Shown: positions 1 through 10,120, counted from the first letter of the stretch. The stretch: 64,000 bases of DNA from Candidatus Heimdallarchaeota archaeon (GCA_020353515.1 CP070695.1:1570100-1634099), one strand, 5' to 3'. The notes: a model not told the origin generated them from the sequence alone. Numbers and translations: made by a program.

Positions 1-126
1 CTTATGAGACTAGCGATAGAATTAAAAACTTACGATACTATTCTCCTACATTGGAACATAGACACTGAAAGCTTAAGAAATCTCTATCCGATTTTTGATG
101 AACTATTTCTCCCATTCAACAGGTGA
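1..126 (+). CDS. 3' end of an unidentified gene (partial)
   Basis: Frame 1 is open from the window edge (LMRLAIELK...LFLPFNR) to TGA at 124-126. Confidence 0.5.
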   Translation, partial: LMRLAIELKTYDTILLHWNIDTESLRNLYPIFDELFLPFNR

Positions 127-303
127 GAAATCTCCTAAGTTACATTTATAGTAAACTAAACGAACAAAAGTCGCATTATCTTATCAAATAATCATTGAAA
201 TTATCATTCTCAAAATATATCCTGAAGGGGAGGCTCCTTAAAGTTTTGTGCAAATGCACAAAATATATATAATAGTTTTGTGCAATAGCTCATAGGTGAT
301 ATA

Positions 304-660
304 ATGCCTAGAGGAGATAAAACTGGACCAAGAGGTCTTGGAACGAAAACTGGCCGAGGTTTAGGATATTGTAGTGGATATTCTTCTCCTGGATATACCA
401 AAGGTCCAGGTATGGGCATGGCTTGGGGAGGAGGTCGGGGTCATGGACGGATAAGAGGAGGAGGTTGGGGGCGCGATCCTAATTTCATGCCACATCCCAT
501 TCAATATACAGGAGTTGTTCCTCCATATCCAATAAGCCCTGATAGACTTGACCCAGAGGAAGAGTCAAAATATCTAGAACAGACACTGACCAATCTAAAA
601 AATGAGATTAAATATATAGAGAATAGATTAGAAGAATTGGCTAGCGAAGAGAAAGAATAG
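304..660 (+). CDS. DUF5320 family protein
   Basis: MPRGDKTGPRG...TGRGLGYC N-terminus, Gly/Arg-rich middle, C-terminal coiled coil; GGTGA RBS. Confidence 0.85.
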   Translation: MPRGDKTGPRGLGTKTGRGLGYCSGYSSPGYTKGPGMGMAWGGGRGHGRIRGGGWGRDPNFMPHPIQYTGVVPPYPISPDRLDPEEESKYLEQTLTNLKNEIKYIENRLEELASEEKE

Positions 661-743
661 TTACTTCTTCATAGCTAATTCTTACTCCTTTTTACTGATT
701 ACGTCGTAAAAGTAGGCTTTGACGACCTATTATGAAAGATTTT

Positions 744-1304
744 CTAAGCAGCATCACGGAATATTTCGTGGTAGAGGGCTTTACCAATCTGGAAGGTTCG
801 AATATTATTCTCGCTATTTCGCATATTATTGAAAACTTGGATGTACTGATCCTCTGTTAGGTCAATGGCCTTTTTCTTTTTCAGATGTTCAGAGAGGAAT
901 CCTAGAGAAAGAATGTTGACAGCTCCAGTCACTTTGTTCTCATCAGCTCGTTTAGTAATGGGAACTCGATGAAACGGGGTCTTGATAATTTTTTCAGCTG
1001 TTTCATCAATTGAGTCAGAATCGATAAAACAGGTTGTTGTATCACTCACACATTCTGTAGCTCGTTCGAATCCTTTTTGGTCAATTGCAACAAAAAAATC
1101 GGCGTCTGCATCACAATATGGATAAGCAATTGGTTCAGTGCTTAGGACAACATCACAAAAGATGGGTCCACCACGAACTGAAGGGGTATAATCAACAGAG
1201 AGCGTAGCGTGGTATTTGGCAACCATAGCAACTCGGACCAATGCGCTTCCTAAAAATTTAATACCCTGCCCACCACGTCCACTGAATCGGAATTTTACCT
1301 TCAT
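744..1304 (-). CDS. 2-oxoacid:ferredoxin oxidoreductase gamma subunit (stand-alone here)
   Basis: SGRGGQG, YTPSVRGG and NILSLG motifs of the PorC/KorC family. Confidence 0.85.
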   Translation of the reverse strand: MKVKFRFSGRGGQGIKFLGSALVRVAMVAKYHATLSVDYTPSVRGGPIFCDVVLSTEPIAYPYCDADADFFVAIDQKGFERATECVSDTTTCFIDSDSIDETAEKIIKTPFHRVPITKRADENKVTGAVNILSLGFLSEHLKKKKAIDLTEDQYIQVFNNMRNSENNIRTFQIGKALYHEIFRDAA

Positions 1305-1432
1305 GATTTTATCCCTTATTAATTTTCTGGATTTTTAAAAGGGATAATTCTCCCTCCCTACTTAAATATTTTGGGGATTGAACTAGACACGAATAGTTAT
1401 TTGTAGGATACAAAGTGAAATTGAGAGGGAGT

Positions 1433-1888
1433 TCAGGAAAGATGATCGTAGATCTTTTGCTCTTTAATAAGAACTTCGATATCTTCGATTCCTGAGAACT
1501 TCCTTAATTCACTAACGAAGTAATCTAGGTCTTGTTTACTCTTACTGAGAACTTCGAGAATGAATGAACTTTCTCCATTGGATCTATACAGAGACATTAA
1601 CTTACAATCCTCCGTTTTACAGAGAAAAGGAAGTTGATCGATTTGGGCGTAGGATTCGTAACTAGGTTCTAAATGGAACTTTATAATGGCTTGGCCATTA
1701 AAGCCAAGATTCTCTGGGTCAGTAACAACACGAAAACCTTGAATTATTCCCTCCTCTCGTAATCGACGAACTCTATTACGAACAGTTCCTTCAGTTCGTT
1801 TTATTTTCTTTGCAATAGTAGTAAATTTGGTTCTTCCATCCCGATTGAGGATTTCGAGTATTTCTCGATCAATTTCATCATAAATCAT
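1433..1888 (-). CDS. Lrp/AsnC family transcriptional regulator
   Basis: DEIDREILEIL...DGR...TVRNRVRRLREEGII HTH plus RAM domain. Confidence 0.92.
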   Translation of the reverse strand: MIYDEIDREILEILNRDGRTKFTTIAKKIKRTEGTVRNRVRRLREEGIIQGFRVVTDPENLGFNGQAIIKFHLEPSYESYAQIDQLPFLCKTEDCKLMSLYRSNGESSFILEVLSKSKQDLDYFVSELRKFSGIEDIEVLIKEQKIYDHLS

Positions 1889-1911
1889 CTTTTATCACCG
1901 TATTTAATTTG

Positions 1912-1937
1912 TAATTAACAATAGTTAATTAACAATA
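1912..1937. promoter_or_regulatory. Overlapping inverted/direct repeat upstream of the Lrp gene
   Basis: TAATTAAC-aata-GTTAATTA perfect IR (1912-1931); TAATTAACAATA occurs twice (1912, 1926). Confidence 0.35.
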
Positions 1938-1971
1938 TTTAAGTTTTTCGTAATTTTCCTCCTTTCGCATT

Positions 1972-1988
1972 TTTACGATTTTCGTAAA
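1972..1988. promoter_or_regulatory. Candidate Lrp (Ptr2-like) operator
   Basis: TTTACGA-TTT-TCGTAAA palindrome; core ACGATTTTCGT matches the Ptr2 consensus core as I recall it. Confidence 0.5.
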
Positions 1989-2006
1989 TAGTGGTGGCCT
2001 AATACA

Positions 2007-2966
2007 TTAGAAAAACAAGGAGGACACAACAATTCCGAAAAATAACCAAAGAAAAGCAAACCCCATAAACATTGAGGCAATTTTAAAGATCCTGAATGTT
2101 CGTTGTTCAGATGGTCTCTTAAAATTGATTCCAGTATGGTAGAGAATATAAAAACAGAAAATTAACAAAGGAAGCATTGGAAGGAAGTGAATTCCAAGAA
2201 TAAAACCTGTGAATACAACAGTGATTCCGCTCAGGACAGCAGAAATAGTGATTACTCTGATAGTTTGGTTTTTATTCGTTACTACGGGCCACATGGGGAT
2301 CTTAGCATTCCTATAATCTTCTAGATTCTTTGGGATTAATGCGAGAGTCAGAATGTGTAAGGGGATCCAGGCAAGGACAAAAAAACCAATCAATAGTGCT
2401 ATCATATCAATTGTTCCTGTCACTGCAGTTCGACCAGCTATTGCAGGTAAGCCTCCTGCAATTCCTCCAAAAACGATTGAAAATCTTGTTCGTCGTTTTA
2501 ACAAGAGTGAATAAACTATAACATCAAAGAAAAATCCCATAAAAACAATAAGCATGGTAATGAAATTGAATAAAGCGCCAGAGAGAATGATCCCTACTAT
2601 AACGAAAAGAATTCCATGTTTCAATGCTGTAGATGGATGAATTTTCCCACTAGGAAGTGGACGATCCTTTGTTCGCTCCATAAGGGCGTCGATATCTTGA
2701 TCAATGTACATATTAAGCAAAGTGGAACCAGAGACAGCAAAAAAAAGAGACGTTGTAATCCAGATTAAATCCCAGATTTGAAGACCACCAGGTGTGCTCC
2801 ATGCACTGATTAAATAAGTAAATATTGTAGTATAAACCAGTAAAAAGGTTTGTTTACTCTTGATTAACTCACTATAAGTAGATAAAGTTAAAGGCGGATA
2901 TTTTGTAATTTCCATTTTTCCATATATATAAGGAAAAGATGGCTTTTCTTGAGATATTTCTTTCAT
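2007..2966 (-). CDS. cyoE: Protoheme IX farnesyltransferase (heme o synthase), paralog 1
   Basis: LNMYIDQDIDALMERTKDRPLPSG, YSLLLKRRT, GGIAGGLP, WIPLH, DYRNAKIPMWP. Confidence 0.92.
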   Translation of the reverse strand: MKEISQEKPSFPYIYGKMEITKYPPLTLSTYSELIKSKQTFLLVYTTIFTYLISAWSTPGGLQIWDLIWITTSLFFAVSGSTLLNMYIDQDIDALMERTKDRPLPSGKIHPSTALKHGILFVIVGIILSGALFNFITMLIVFMGFFFDVIVYSLLLKRRTRFSIVFGGIAGGLPAIAGRTAVTGTIDMIALLIGFFVLAWIPLHILTLALIPKNLEDYRNAKIPMWPVVTNKNQTIRVITISAVLSGITVVFTGFILGIHFLPMLPLLIFCFYILYHTGINFKRPSEQRTFRIFKIASMFMGFAFLWLFFGIVVSSLFF

Positions 2967-3000
2967 TTTGTCACATCAAGGTCTTTCGATGTATTTTTCT

Positions 3001-3843
3001 TCATCCCAAATTTAGTTTGATAGCATCATGAGGACAAATATCTATGCAACGATTGCAGTAGTAGCATTCTCCCTTTTTACTGTCTCTTGCAGCTTCTTGA
3101 GTCGGGCAAATCTTTTCACAAAGTCCACAATCTGTACAATCTTCCGTACGTCGATATTTACTTCTAGTTACCTGACCACAGAGACATGAACCTGCCCCAA
3201 AGGGACATAAGAACCTGCACCAGGGACGATACAGAAAAATACTAGCTACACAAACTACAATCAAAACAATGAAAGAGATAATTATCGTAGTTACAGAGGG
3301 AGTCTTAAGTACCGAAAATCCTGGGAAAGGATTAAAAATAGGGAGAATTTGGATACTCAAAAGAGCTAAGAGGATTACAATACCCAAAAATATCCAGCGT
3401 ATTTTTTTAGAGAAAGACGAGACGACTTTAATTTGATATTTAGCTTCATTTTGTTCTTTCAAATCTGATTTAAAATTGACTGTTGAGATTAGTTCTTGCA
3501 AGACACCTAAAGGGCATGCAAATCCACAGAAAATCCTCCCAACGAAAAGTGATGAAGCTAATAACACAATTAGTATTATGATTGCTGGAAGGAGATAGCT
3601 TGACTCACTTCTCAGACTTATTGTTGTCAAAAATTGTTGAATAGGCATTACTGCATTGGGTACTCCGCCTATTATAATACCACCCCATATTATTGTGACT
3701 ACATAGATTCCGTTTCTTATCTTTCGATCCATCAATTCAGCATCAATTAAGATAATGCAGAACAGAAATGTCACAATCCAAGAAATGAGCATTGGTACGC
3801 CGTAGATAGCTTCAAAGGGAAGGGATTCATTTTGAACAACCAA
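3001..3843 (-). CDS. NapH/MauN-type membrane polyferredoxin (4Fe-4S binding protein)
   Basis: GRIFCGFACPLG and RPWCRFLCPFG CX3CP motifs plus two CxxCxxCxxxCP motifs. Confidence 0.9.
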   Translation of the reverse strand: MVVQNESLPFEAIYGVPMLISWIVTFLFCIILIDAELMDRKIRNGIYVVTIIWGGIIIGGVPNAVMPIQQFLTTISLRSESSYLLPAIIILIVLLASSLFVGRIFCGFACPLGVLQELISTVNFKSDLKEQNEAKYQIKVVSSFSKKIRWIFLGIVILLALLSIQILPIFNPFPGFSVLKTPSVTTIIISFIVLIVVCVASIFLYRPWCRFLCPFGAGSCLCGQVTRSKYRRTEDCTDCGLCEKICPTQEAARDSKKGECYYCNRCIDICPHDAIKLNLG

Positions 3844-3933
3844 ATTATCACCATTGTTACAATTTCTATTTAATTAACTAAGGAGTCATGCTGATAAGAA
3901 AAAAAAGTAGGGAACCAAAAAGAGGTTTTAGTA

Positions 3934-4764
3934 TCACACAGTTAAACTCTCTTTGGTAACAACAAACCGGTTCCATATGCTTGGAACTAATGGTACAAAC
4001 ACTAACAGGGTTGAGAGCATCGGCGCCATAAAGAACATAGAAAATTTCCCAAAACTTAGCGAGGATGCAAAAGCAACGGGATATCCAGTGAAAATTGCTA
4101 AAATACCTGATCCAAGAGCAACAATTCTTACCCAATCTTTATCAGGACGACGAAGGATTCCAATAGTGGTTATACCCCAACCAATAGCAGCAGCCCAACT
4201 CACACGTTGTAAAGCTCGGAAAATTGCGTGTATAGTTGGTTCTGTAGCAACACTAGCGGGAAAAAGTTTCATACGGTTGGTACTAGCTACTCCATTTAAA
4301 AAACACATGACATAAGCGATTCCTGTTAATAAAGCGAATATTACAGTGATCCACGGAATACCTTCAACATAGTGTGTCAAAGCTAAAAAAATAACCAAAT
4401 TTGGTAGGAAAATTATTCCCCAAATTGGGATTAATCCCATTTGCATTGCAGGGATCGTTGGCCAGAAACCAGCCAATAAACAAAGAACATTACCGACTAT
4501 TGCTACTGATACTGACCACTCTTCTTCAGTATAAAATCCATAAGCACTTACCGCAAATAATAACCCGCCTATGATACTTAAGTCAGAAATAATTGGAAGG
4601 ATCTCCTCGATAATGACTTTACATCCTTCTTCTGCTATAGGACTATTAGCCTCCCACCATATGTATGGTTCATATGTTAAAACAAAAATCACCATACCAC
4701 CTAGCATACCTATCACAGCTCCAATTAAAGAAAGTACAAATCCTAAAAGTTGATTCCTTTCCAT
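3934..4764 (-). CDS. Uncharacterised ~8-TM membrane protein heading the cyoE-1 operon
   Basis: Hydrophobic helices; apparent internal duplication. Confidence 0.8.
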   Translation of the reverse strand: MERNQLLGFVLSLIGAVIGMLGGMVIFVLTYEPYIWWEANSPIAEEGCKVIIEEILPIISDLSIIGGLLFAVSAYGFYTEEEWSVSVAIVGNVLCLLAGFWPTIPAMQMGLIPIWGIIFLPNLVIFLALTHYVEGIPWITVIFALLTGIAYVMCFLNGVASTNRMKLFPASVATEPTIHAIFRALQRVSWAAAIGWGITTIGILRRPDKDWVRIVALGSGILAIFTGYPVAFASSLSFGKFSMFFMAPMLSTLLVFVPLVPSIWNRFVVTKESLTV

Positions 4765-4782
4765 AAGTAATTTTCTCCAAAC

Positions 4783-4795
4783 TACGATTCTCGTA
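4783..4795. promoter_or_regulatory. Second candidate Lrp (Ptr2-like) operator
   Basis: TACGA-TTC-TCGTA, 19 nt upstream of the 4764 start. Confidence 0.45.
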
Positions 4796-4811
4796 ATACA
4801 AAACTAATATA

Positions 4812-4868
4812 ACAACTCTTAGTGGTGTATTAATATATTTCACTCAGTTTTTCACAACAATCAGTTGT
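4812..4868. promoter_or_regulatory. Two ACAAC-N5-GT(T/G)GT sites, candidate TrmB operator
   Basis: ACAACtcttaGTGGT (4812-4826) and ACAACaatcaGTTGT (4854-4868) in the divergent promoter, just before a TATATAAA box. Confidence 0.4.
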
Positions 4869-4904
4869 AAACTATATAAAGGTCTGATTTCATTATTTAC
4901 CTAG

Positions 4905-5744
4905 GTGGATACAATTAGCGATTTTGAAGAAATAACTCCTCAGGAACTTGAAATGCTAGGTTTGTCAAATTATGAATCGCGGGCTTATCTTACTTTACTC
5001 TCAACTGGAATTAGAACGGCAAAAGAAATAGCAAATGAATCAAAAATCCCATTTGGAAGAGTATATGACGTTTTAAGTTCCTTAGAGGACAAAGGTCTTG
5101 CTGATAAACAAGAATCTAGACCAAAAAAATTTGTAGCAAAAGAACCTAAAATCGCTTTAAATAACCTCTTGAATTTGAAAACGGCAGAACTTCAAACTTT
5201 AACGATAAAGGCAGCTGTGATTGAAGAGAAATTAAGTAATTTACATACTACAAAGCCAGAAGATACCCTATTTTGGAGTGTAGCGCTTGGTGAAAAAGCA
5301 ATCAGCCGCTATATTGAAAAAATTAGTGAGACTGAAAAGGAATTACAAACAATACTTAACATCAGAGTTGCTGCACGTATTCCTCAGAAGGAGATAATTG
5401 AAAATTTAATTACCACGCTCAAATTATTAACTGAAAATGGGGTCTCTGTTCAAATCCTGCTAAGTGGTGTCACTCCAGGCAGCCTAGAAGAGACTTTTTT
5501 GGCTTCAGTAGCACACTTTTTCGTGCTTTTGGACAGAGCTGAAGTAAAACGTACACAACTGACACCAACAGCATTTGATATTATTGATGATGAGAAAATC
5601 CTATTGAAGGTCATGAATCCAGTAAACCCTGATGAGTTTTTTGCTTGGATTTTCGTTTGGCAGAAGAAATTAGCTATAAATTTAAAACCAAAATTTCAAG
5701 AGCTCTGGAAAGATGCTACAGATTTGAAGATTGAAATTAGTTGA
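4905..5744 (+). CDS. TrmB family transcriptional regulator
   Basis: LGLSNYESRAYLTLL...SKIPFGRVYDVLSSLEDKGL wHTH plus effector domain. Confidence 0.9.
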   Translation: MDTISDFEEITPQELEMLGLSNYESRAYLTLLSTGIRTAKEIANESKIPFGRVYDVLSSLEDKGLADKQESRPKKFVAKEPKIALNNLLNLKTAELQTLTIKAAVIEEKLSNLHTTKPEDTLFWSVALGEKAISRYIEKISETEKELQTILNIRVAARIPQKEIIENLITTLKLLTENGVSVQILLSGVTPGSLEETFLASVAHFFVLLDRAEVKRTQLTPTAFDIIDDEKILLKVMNPVNPDEFFAWIFVWQKKLAINLKPKFQELWKDATDLKIEIS

Positions 5745-5762
5745 AAAATCCTAGCTATGCTC

Positions 5763-6722
5763 TTAGATTATAAAAAAAGGAGAAATGACTACTCCCAAAT
5801 ACAACCATAAAAAGGCAAACGCCATGTAAATTGATGCCAGTTTGAAAATTTTAAAAGTCAAATGGTCGGAAGGGTGTTTAAGGTTCACCAGCGATTTATA
5901 AACAATGAAAGCACTGAATCCGAGAAGGGGAAGCATTGGAATAAGATGTATTTGTAGAGTTACACCAGTTAGGATAATTAAGAGGGCACTTAACAAAGCA
6001 GAGAGTGTAATGACTCGAATGGTCTCGATTTTGCTGCTAGTAACAGGCCACATTGGTACATTGGCATTCTTATATCCTTCCAGGTTTTTAGGGATGAGAG
6101 CAAGTGTGAGGATATGTAACGGGATCCAGCATAACACAAATGCCCCCATCAAAATCGCAGCGATGTCAATATAGCCAATAACCGCAACTCGACCAGCCAC
6201 GGCTGGGAGGCCTCCTGCTATACCTCCAAAAATAATTGATAGTCGTGTTCTTCGCTTTAACAACAGCGAATAAACCACAACATCAAAGAAGAAGCCTAAA
6301 AAGACAATAAACATCGTAATTAGGTTGGTGAATATTCCTACTGCTAAAATTCCTGCAACCGTAAAGAGGACACCGTGCTTTAATACTGTGGAGGGGGGGA
6401 TTCTCTTACTCGGTAAGGGACGATCTTTTGTTCTTTCCATAAGTGCATCAATATCGCGATCAATATACATGTTTAGTAAGGTTGAGCCTGAAACAGCGAA
6501 GAAAAGTCCAACTAAAAACAAAATGAAATGATACAATTCAAAATTTGTATTCCAAGAACTGATTAGATAAGCAAAAATCGCTGTGTAAAGAAGGAGGAAA
6601 GTTTGTTTGCTTTTAATCAATTCACTGTATAAGGATAAAGATAGAGGGGGATAAATATATGTCGTTACATCTTCATAAACTTGGGTACTCTGAGAGTCCA
6701 GTGGTGACTTGGTTCTTGACAT
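5763..6722 (-). CDS. cyoE: Protoheme IX farnesyltransferase (heme o synthase), paralog 2
   Basis: NMYIDRDIDALMERTKDRPLPS, LKRRT, WIPLH motifs. Confidence 0.92.
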   Translation of the reverse strand: MSRTKSPLDSQSTQVYEDVTTYIYPPLSLSLYSELIKSKQTFLLLYTAIFAYLISSWNTNFELYHFILFLVGLFFAVSGSTLLNMYIDRDIDALMERTKDRPLPSKRIPPSTVLKHGVLFTVAGILAVGIFTNLITMFIVFLGFFFDVVVYSLLLKRRTRLSIIFGGIAGGLPAVAGRVAVIGYIDIAAILMGAFVLCWIPLHILTLALIPKNLEGYKNANVPMWPVTSSKIETIRVITLSALLSALLIILTGVTLQIHLIPMLPLLGFSAFIVYKSLVNLKHPSDHLTFKIFKLASIYMAFAFLWLYLGVVISPFFII

Positions 6723-6783
6723 TTAGATTCACTTGTTTTAAGTTAGGATTTTTTTACGTATAAAAAGAGAAAGGGGTAGTTTG

Positions 6784-7470
6784 TTAAAATAACCCGCTAA
6801 TAACAGGGATTTCAACTTTCCACTTTGTAGGTAGACCTATTCCTAACATAAAAAGTACTCCAACAATAAGCAATAGGAAAGGAAGTACTTTGAAAATATC
6901 AGCTAAAGGCAAAATAGCCCTCATTCCTTCTACTGTTGCGAATGCTAGTAGTACTCCACCGAAGGATATTAATAACCCGCCGACGCCAAAGAACGCGCTA
7001 GTCCATTCAGTTTCCTTAGAACCAAATGCTGTGTAGAGGGGGAGAAATGAAATAATCAACCCAGATGGAATGTGAGACGCCATCACCGCCATGGATGCCA
7101 TATCTGGCAGAAAGACTTCAAGTTTCATTAAAGTTAATACTGCGATTACAATGAGAACGTAGATGGTATAAATTAGTCCGTACTTAGTATCAGGCCATAC
7201 AGCAAACACAAGGCCGATTGCCAGGCATGCGGGTATAAATGCTGCGACTGGGGGAACAAGTGCAAATCCTAAGGTATCTTCCCAGCCAAGAAGAATAATT
7301 AATACTCCAGAAATAAACAGTACTAAAAAACTTACCCCCCATGCTAGATGGTAGGGTTTTTTTGTTGCCATATACTCTTTAAAAAGTAATAAGGCTAAAA
7401 CTACGGCTACAACGCCAATTACTAGAAGCACTAATGCTCCTATCATATCAGTTTCTAATAATGAAGCCAT
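6784..7470 (-). CDS. Uncharacterised membrane protein upstream of cyoE-2
   Basis: About 7 hydrophobic helices; two His (PYHLAW, ASHIPSG). Confidence 0.8.
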   Translation of the reverse strand: MASLLETDMIGALVLLVIGVVAVVLALLLFKEYMATKKPYHLAWGVSFLVLFISGVLIILLGWEDTLGFALVPPVAAFIPACLAIGLVFAVWPDTKYGLIYTIYVLIVIAVLTLMKLEVFLPDMASMAVMASHIPSGLIISFLPLYTAFGSKETEWTSAFFGVGGLLISFGGVLLAFATVEGMRAILPLADIFKVLPFLLLIVGVLFMLGIGLPTKWKVEIPVISGLF

Positions 7471-7635
7471 TTTATTCCACTCATTCTGAATTTACTAGAA
7501 ATCGTGTAACAAATAATCACTTAGTTGAGAGTTAGTAACAATTGTTTATCCAAAAAAAAACCCCATATTAAAATTAATAATGTTTGCTAAGGTTTTTCGC
7601 ATTAAGTATCTTTTTCAACAGCAGGTTATAATGAG

Positions 7636-7648
7636 GTAATTAGGTTAC
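7636..7648. promoter_or_regulatory. GTAA-N-TAG-N-TTAC palindrome, candidate HxlR operator
   Basis: GTAATTAGGTTAC in the divergent promoter next to the HxlR gene; related copies at 21490 and 23425. Confidence 0.35.
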
Positions 7649-7798
7649 TCTCGGGTCATAAGGCATTTATACTAAAATAACTAAAGCGAAAGCAGAAAAA
7701 AAACCATGTCTTAGAGTTTAACTTTGGGAACCATTGTTATTTTTCAACGATGTTTTGAGAAAAAATGATTCTCTATTCGAAAATAAGGAGTCAAAATT

Positions 7799-8263
7799 AT
7801 GGCACAAGATTTAGAGGAAGAATGTTCAGCATTACTTGCAATTAAAATTCTTGGTCGGAAGTGGATTCCTTGGATATTGTGTGAGCTCTTATCGCACAGA
7901 GAATCCTATTTTTCTGATCTCCTGAAAAGAATTGAAGGAAATTATGGGGAAAAAATATCCGCACGAGTTCTTTCCGAGTCATTAACTATGCTAGAAGAGA
8001 ACAATCTCCTCGAACGTACCGTCGTTAGTGAAACTATGCCTGTTAGAGTGAAATATTCTCTAACAGAAAAAGGAGCAGATTTGGAAGTTATTTTTGGTAT
8101 TCTAAAAGGTTGGGGGATCAGATGGGGTTCGATTAAGCAAAAGAAATGTAAATCCTTTAGCTGTATTCACAACTGTGTTCCTATGATAAATATCAATAAA
8201 GCAAAAGAACTGTTGGAAATAGGAGAACCATTACCAGTTGAAGAAATCGAGGATACCACTTAA
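7799..8263 (+). CDS. HxlR family winged-helix regulator (Cys-containing)
   Basis: ECSALLAIKILGRKW...ISARVLSESL...PVRVKYSLTEKG; C-terminal C-x3-C-x3-C. Confidence 0.9.
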   Translation: MAQDLEEECSALLAIKILGRKWIPWILCELLSHRESYFSDLLKRIEGNYGEKISARVLSESLTMLEENNLLERTVVSETMPVRVKYSLTEKGADLEVIFGILKGWGIRWGSIKQKKCKSFSCIHNCVPMININKAKELLEIGEPLPVEEIEDTT

Positions 8264-8322
8264 AATGAAATCACTGAAGAAAGGATACAAAAGAACACCT
8301 TTCTTTGACAAGGTGAAATTAA

Positions 8323-8709
8323 ATGAATAAATTTCCCTTTAAAAAGGATTCCATCTATTTTCAGTACAATGTAAAGGATATCGATCGTGCTAAGAAGTTT
8401 TATTCCGAGATATTTGGATTTGAGATCACCTGGGATGGTGGGTCGGAAGTAGGATGGTGTGAACTAGCTCTTCCTGTTCATGGGGTAAAACTCGGATTGA
8501 ATTTAAAACGGGAAGGTGAAATAACCCCAGGTTCGGGAACTCTCACCTTTGATGTAACTGATCTGGATGCTGCTAAGTCGTATTTAGAAGAACAAGATGT
8601 GAAAACAGCTGATATTACTGATATTCCAGATATGGTTTCTTATTTTGATATATTTGATTCTGAAGGAAATCGAATTCAGATTGTGGCTGAACCGAGAGTT
8701 AAAAGCTAG
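8323..8709 (+). CDS. VOC/glyoxalase family protein
   Basis: VKDIDRAKKFYSEIFG...FDSEGNRIQI. Confidence 0.9.
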   Translation: MNKFPFKKDSIYFQYNVKDIDRAKKFYSEIFGFEITWDGGSEVGWCELALPVHGVKLGLNLKREGEITPGSGTLTFDVTDLDAAKSYLEEQDVKTADITDIPDMVSYFDIFDSEGNRIQIVAEPRVKS

Positions 8710-8725
8710 ATCCAGTTTTAGCTAA

Positions 8726-10120
8726 TTAATCTTGCCAACTAAGAAGACGCTGTTCACCTTCAAGCTCACGTATAGTAGTGACATCTTGTGTTACTTCTAA
8801 CGTTCCCCGATAATTTTTATCCTTATCCCGAACTGCAAAATAACGAATATGGATAAATCTATCATTTGATTTAATCCAAAATTCCGCACTATCTTTCTGT
8901 CCACTTTTAAAGGCATCTAAAATACGATTTACAATATGAACACTCTTTTTCGGATGACAATTCTGGACTTTCCTGCCTATCACCCCAGGACTACGGGGAA
9001 AAGTTCTCTCTGGAGTATCAGAATAAAAGCGAACTGTATCATTTTCATCAATGTAAGATATTTCAATAGGGAGATGGGTTAATAGTAGTGATACTTGTGA
9101 AAGATTTAATTGTCCCGTCCTTAATTGTAAAAGGTCATGTCCCGTAATATCAGTTTTATGGATTGTTTCAGGTGTAATAGGCACCCATTCCGAACCTGGA
9201 GTTACCCAAGCGTATCCTATCTCCTCCTCTCCATTTCTGACTCCTGCCCATTCTTTTGACCCTAATAAATCAAGGGCTGTTGGAAAAAGAATTGTTTCTT
9301 CTTTAAAGATTAAATCTTCAATTTGGGTTATTAATTCTTTAATATTAAGCTCTTCTTGTCGAAATAACTCTCGTACTTCATCATGTTTTGCCCACATAAC
9401 TTGAGATGGACCTGTGAAACCAGCATGTTCTAACTTTGGAAAAAGTTGATTCTCCAATCGTGTGTAATGGATCTCGATTTCTTGGAGTTTCTTAATTGTT
9501 TCTGGATTAGAGGTTTGACGGATCTCGGAAATCAGAGTTCTTGCCACTTGATTTTCTTGCATGTACGTATGAATAGGATGACCTGGGAGGGTTTCAGGAC
9601 GCGTGTGTTGATCTAGTGAATATTCAAAAATCCCAACATGAAGATCACATAATTTAGTAATCTGTTCTGCTGTCAATGATCCTTCATCAATAAGTGCCTG
9701 TTCCATAGCTGCAATTTCCGATGCATCAACATCACCTAATAGCTCATTGAATCGCTTTTGAAGATCATCTAATTCTCCTCCTTCATGTAACTCCAAAATC
9801 AGGGCTTTAAGCATCTCTTGTCTTCTTGCACGTTCACTCTGCCAACCGCTTTTAGCTTGCTCTGAAATTTCAACTTGGACTTTTTCCGTGGTATTTTTTT
9901 CAATACTTGTTGCGATGGCTTGAACTAACTGTGAAATAGTGCTTCCACTCATTTGTGAGACGTCAGTTAAGGTTGCTCGTCTTCCCACAGTCTTCCGAAG
10001 GAAAGGATTCCTTAATCGTTTTAATTTAGGATTTAACTTCATTAAAGTATCTATGACAAATGGGTACTCTTCAATTAGATCATTAATTTTGGTAGACTCA
10101 GTTATTTTAATGATTGACAT
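8726..10120 (-). CDS. DUF438 protein (DUF1858 + DUF438 + hemerythrin-like + PAS)
   Basis: EIAAMEQAL, LCDLH, GHPIHTYMQEN, HYTRLENQLFP, VMWAKHDE, IGRKVQNCHP. Confidence 0.9.
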   Translation of the reverse strand: MSIIKITESTKINDLIEEYPFVIDTLMKLNPKLKRLRNPFLRKTVGRRATLTDVSQMSGSTISQLVQAIATSIEKNTTEKVQVEISEQAKSGWQSERARRQEMLKALILELHEGGELDDLQKRFNELLGDVDASEIAAMEQALIDEGSLTAEQITKLCDLHVGIFEYSLDQHTRPETLPGHPIHTYMQENQVARTLISEIRQTSNPETIKKLQEIEIHYTRLENQLFPKLEHAGFTGPSQVMWAKHDEVRELFRQEELNIKELITQIEDLIFKEETILFPTALDLLGSKEWAGVRNGEEEIGYAWVTPGSEWVPITPETIHKTDITGHDLLQLRTGQLNLSQVSLLLTHLPIEISYIDENDTVRFYSDTPERTFPRSPGVIGRKVQNCHPKKSVHIVNRILDAFKSGQKDSAEFWIKSNDRFIHIRYFAVRDKDKNYRGTLEVTQDVTTIRELEGEQRLLSWQD

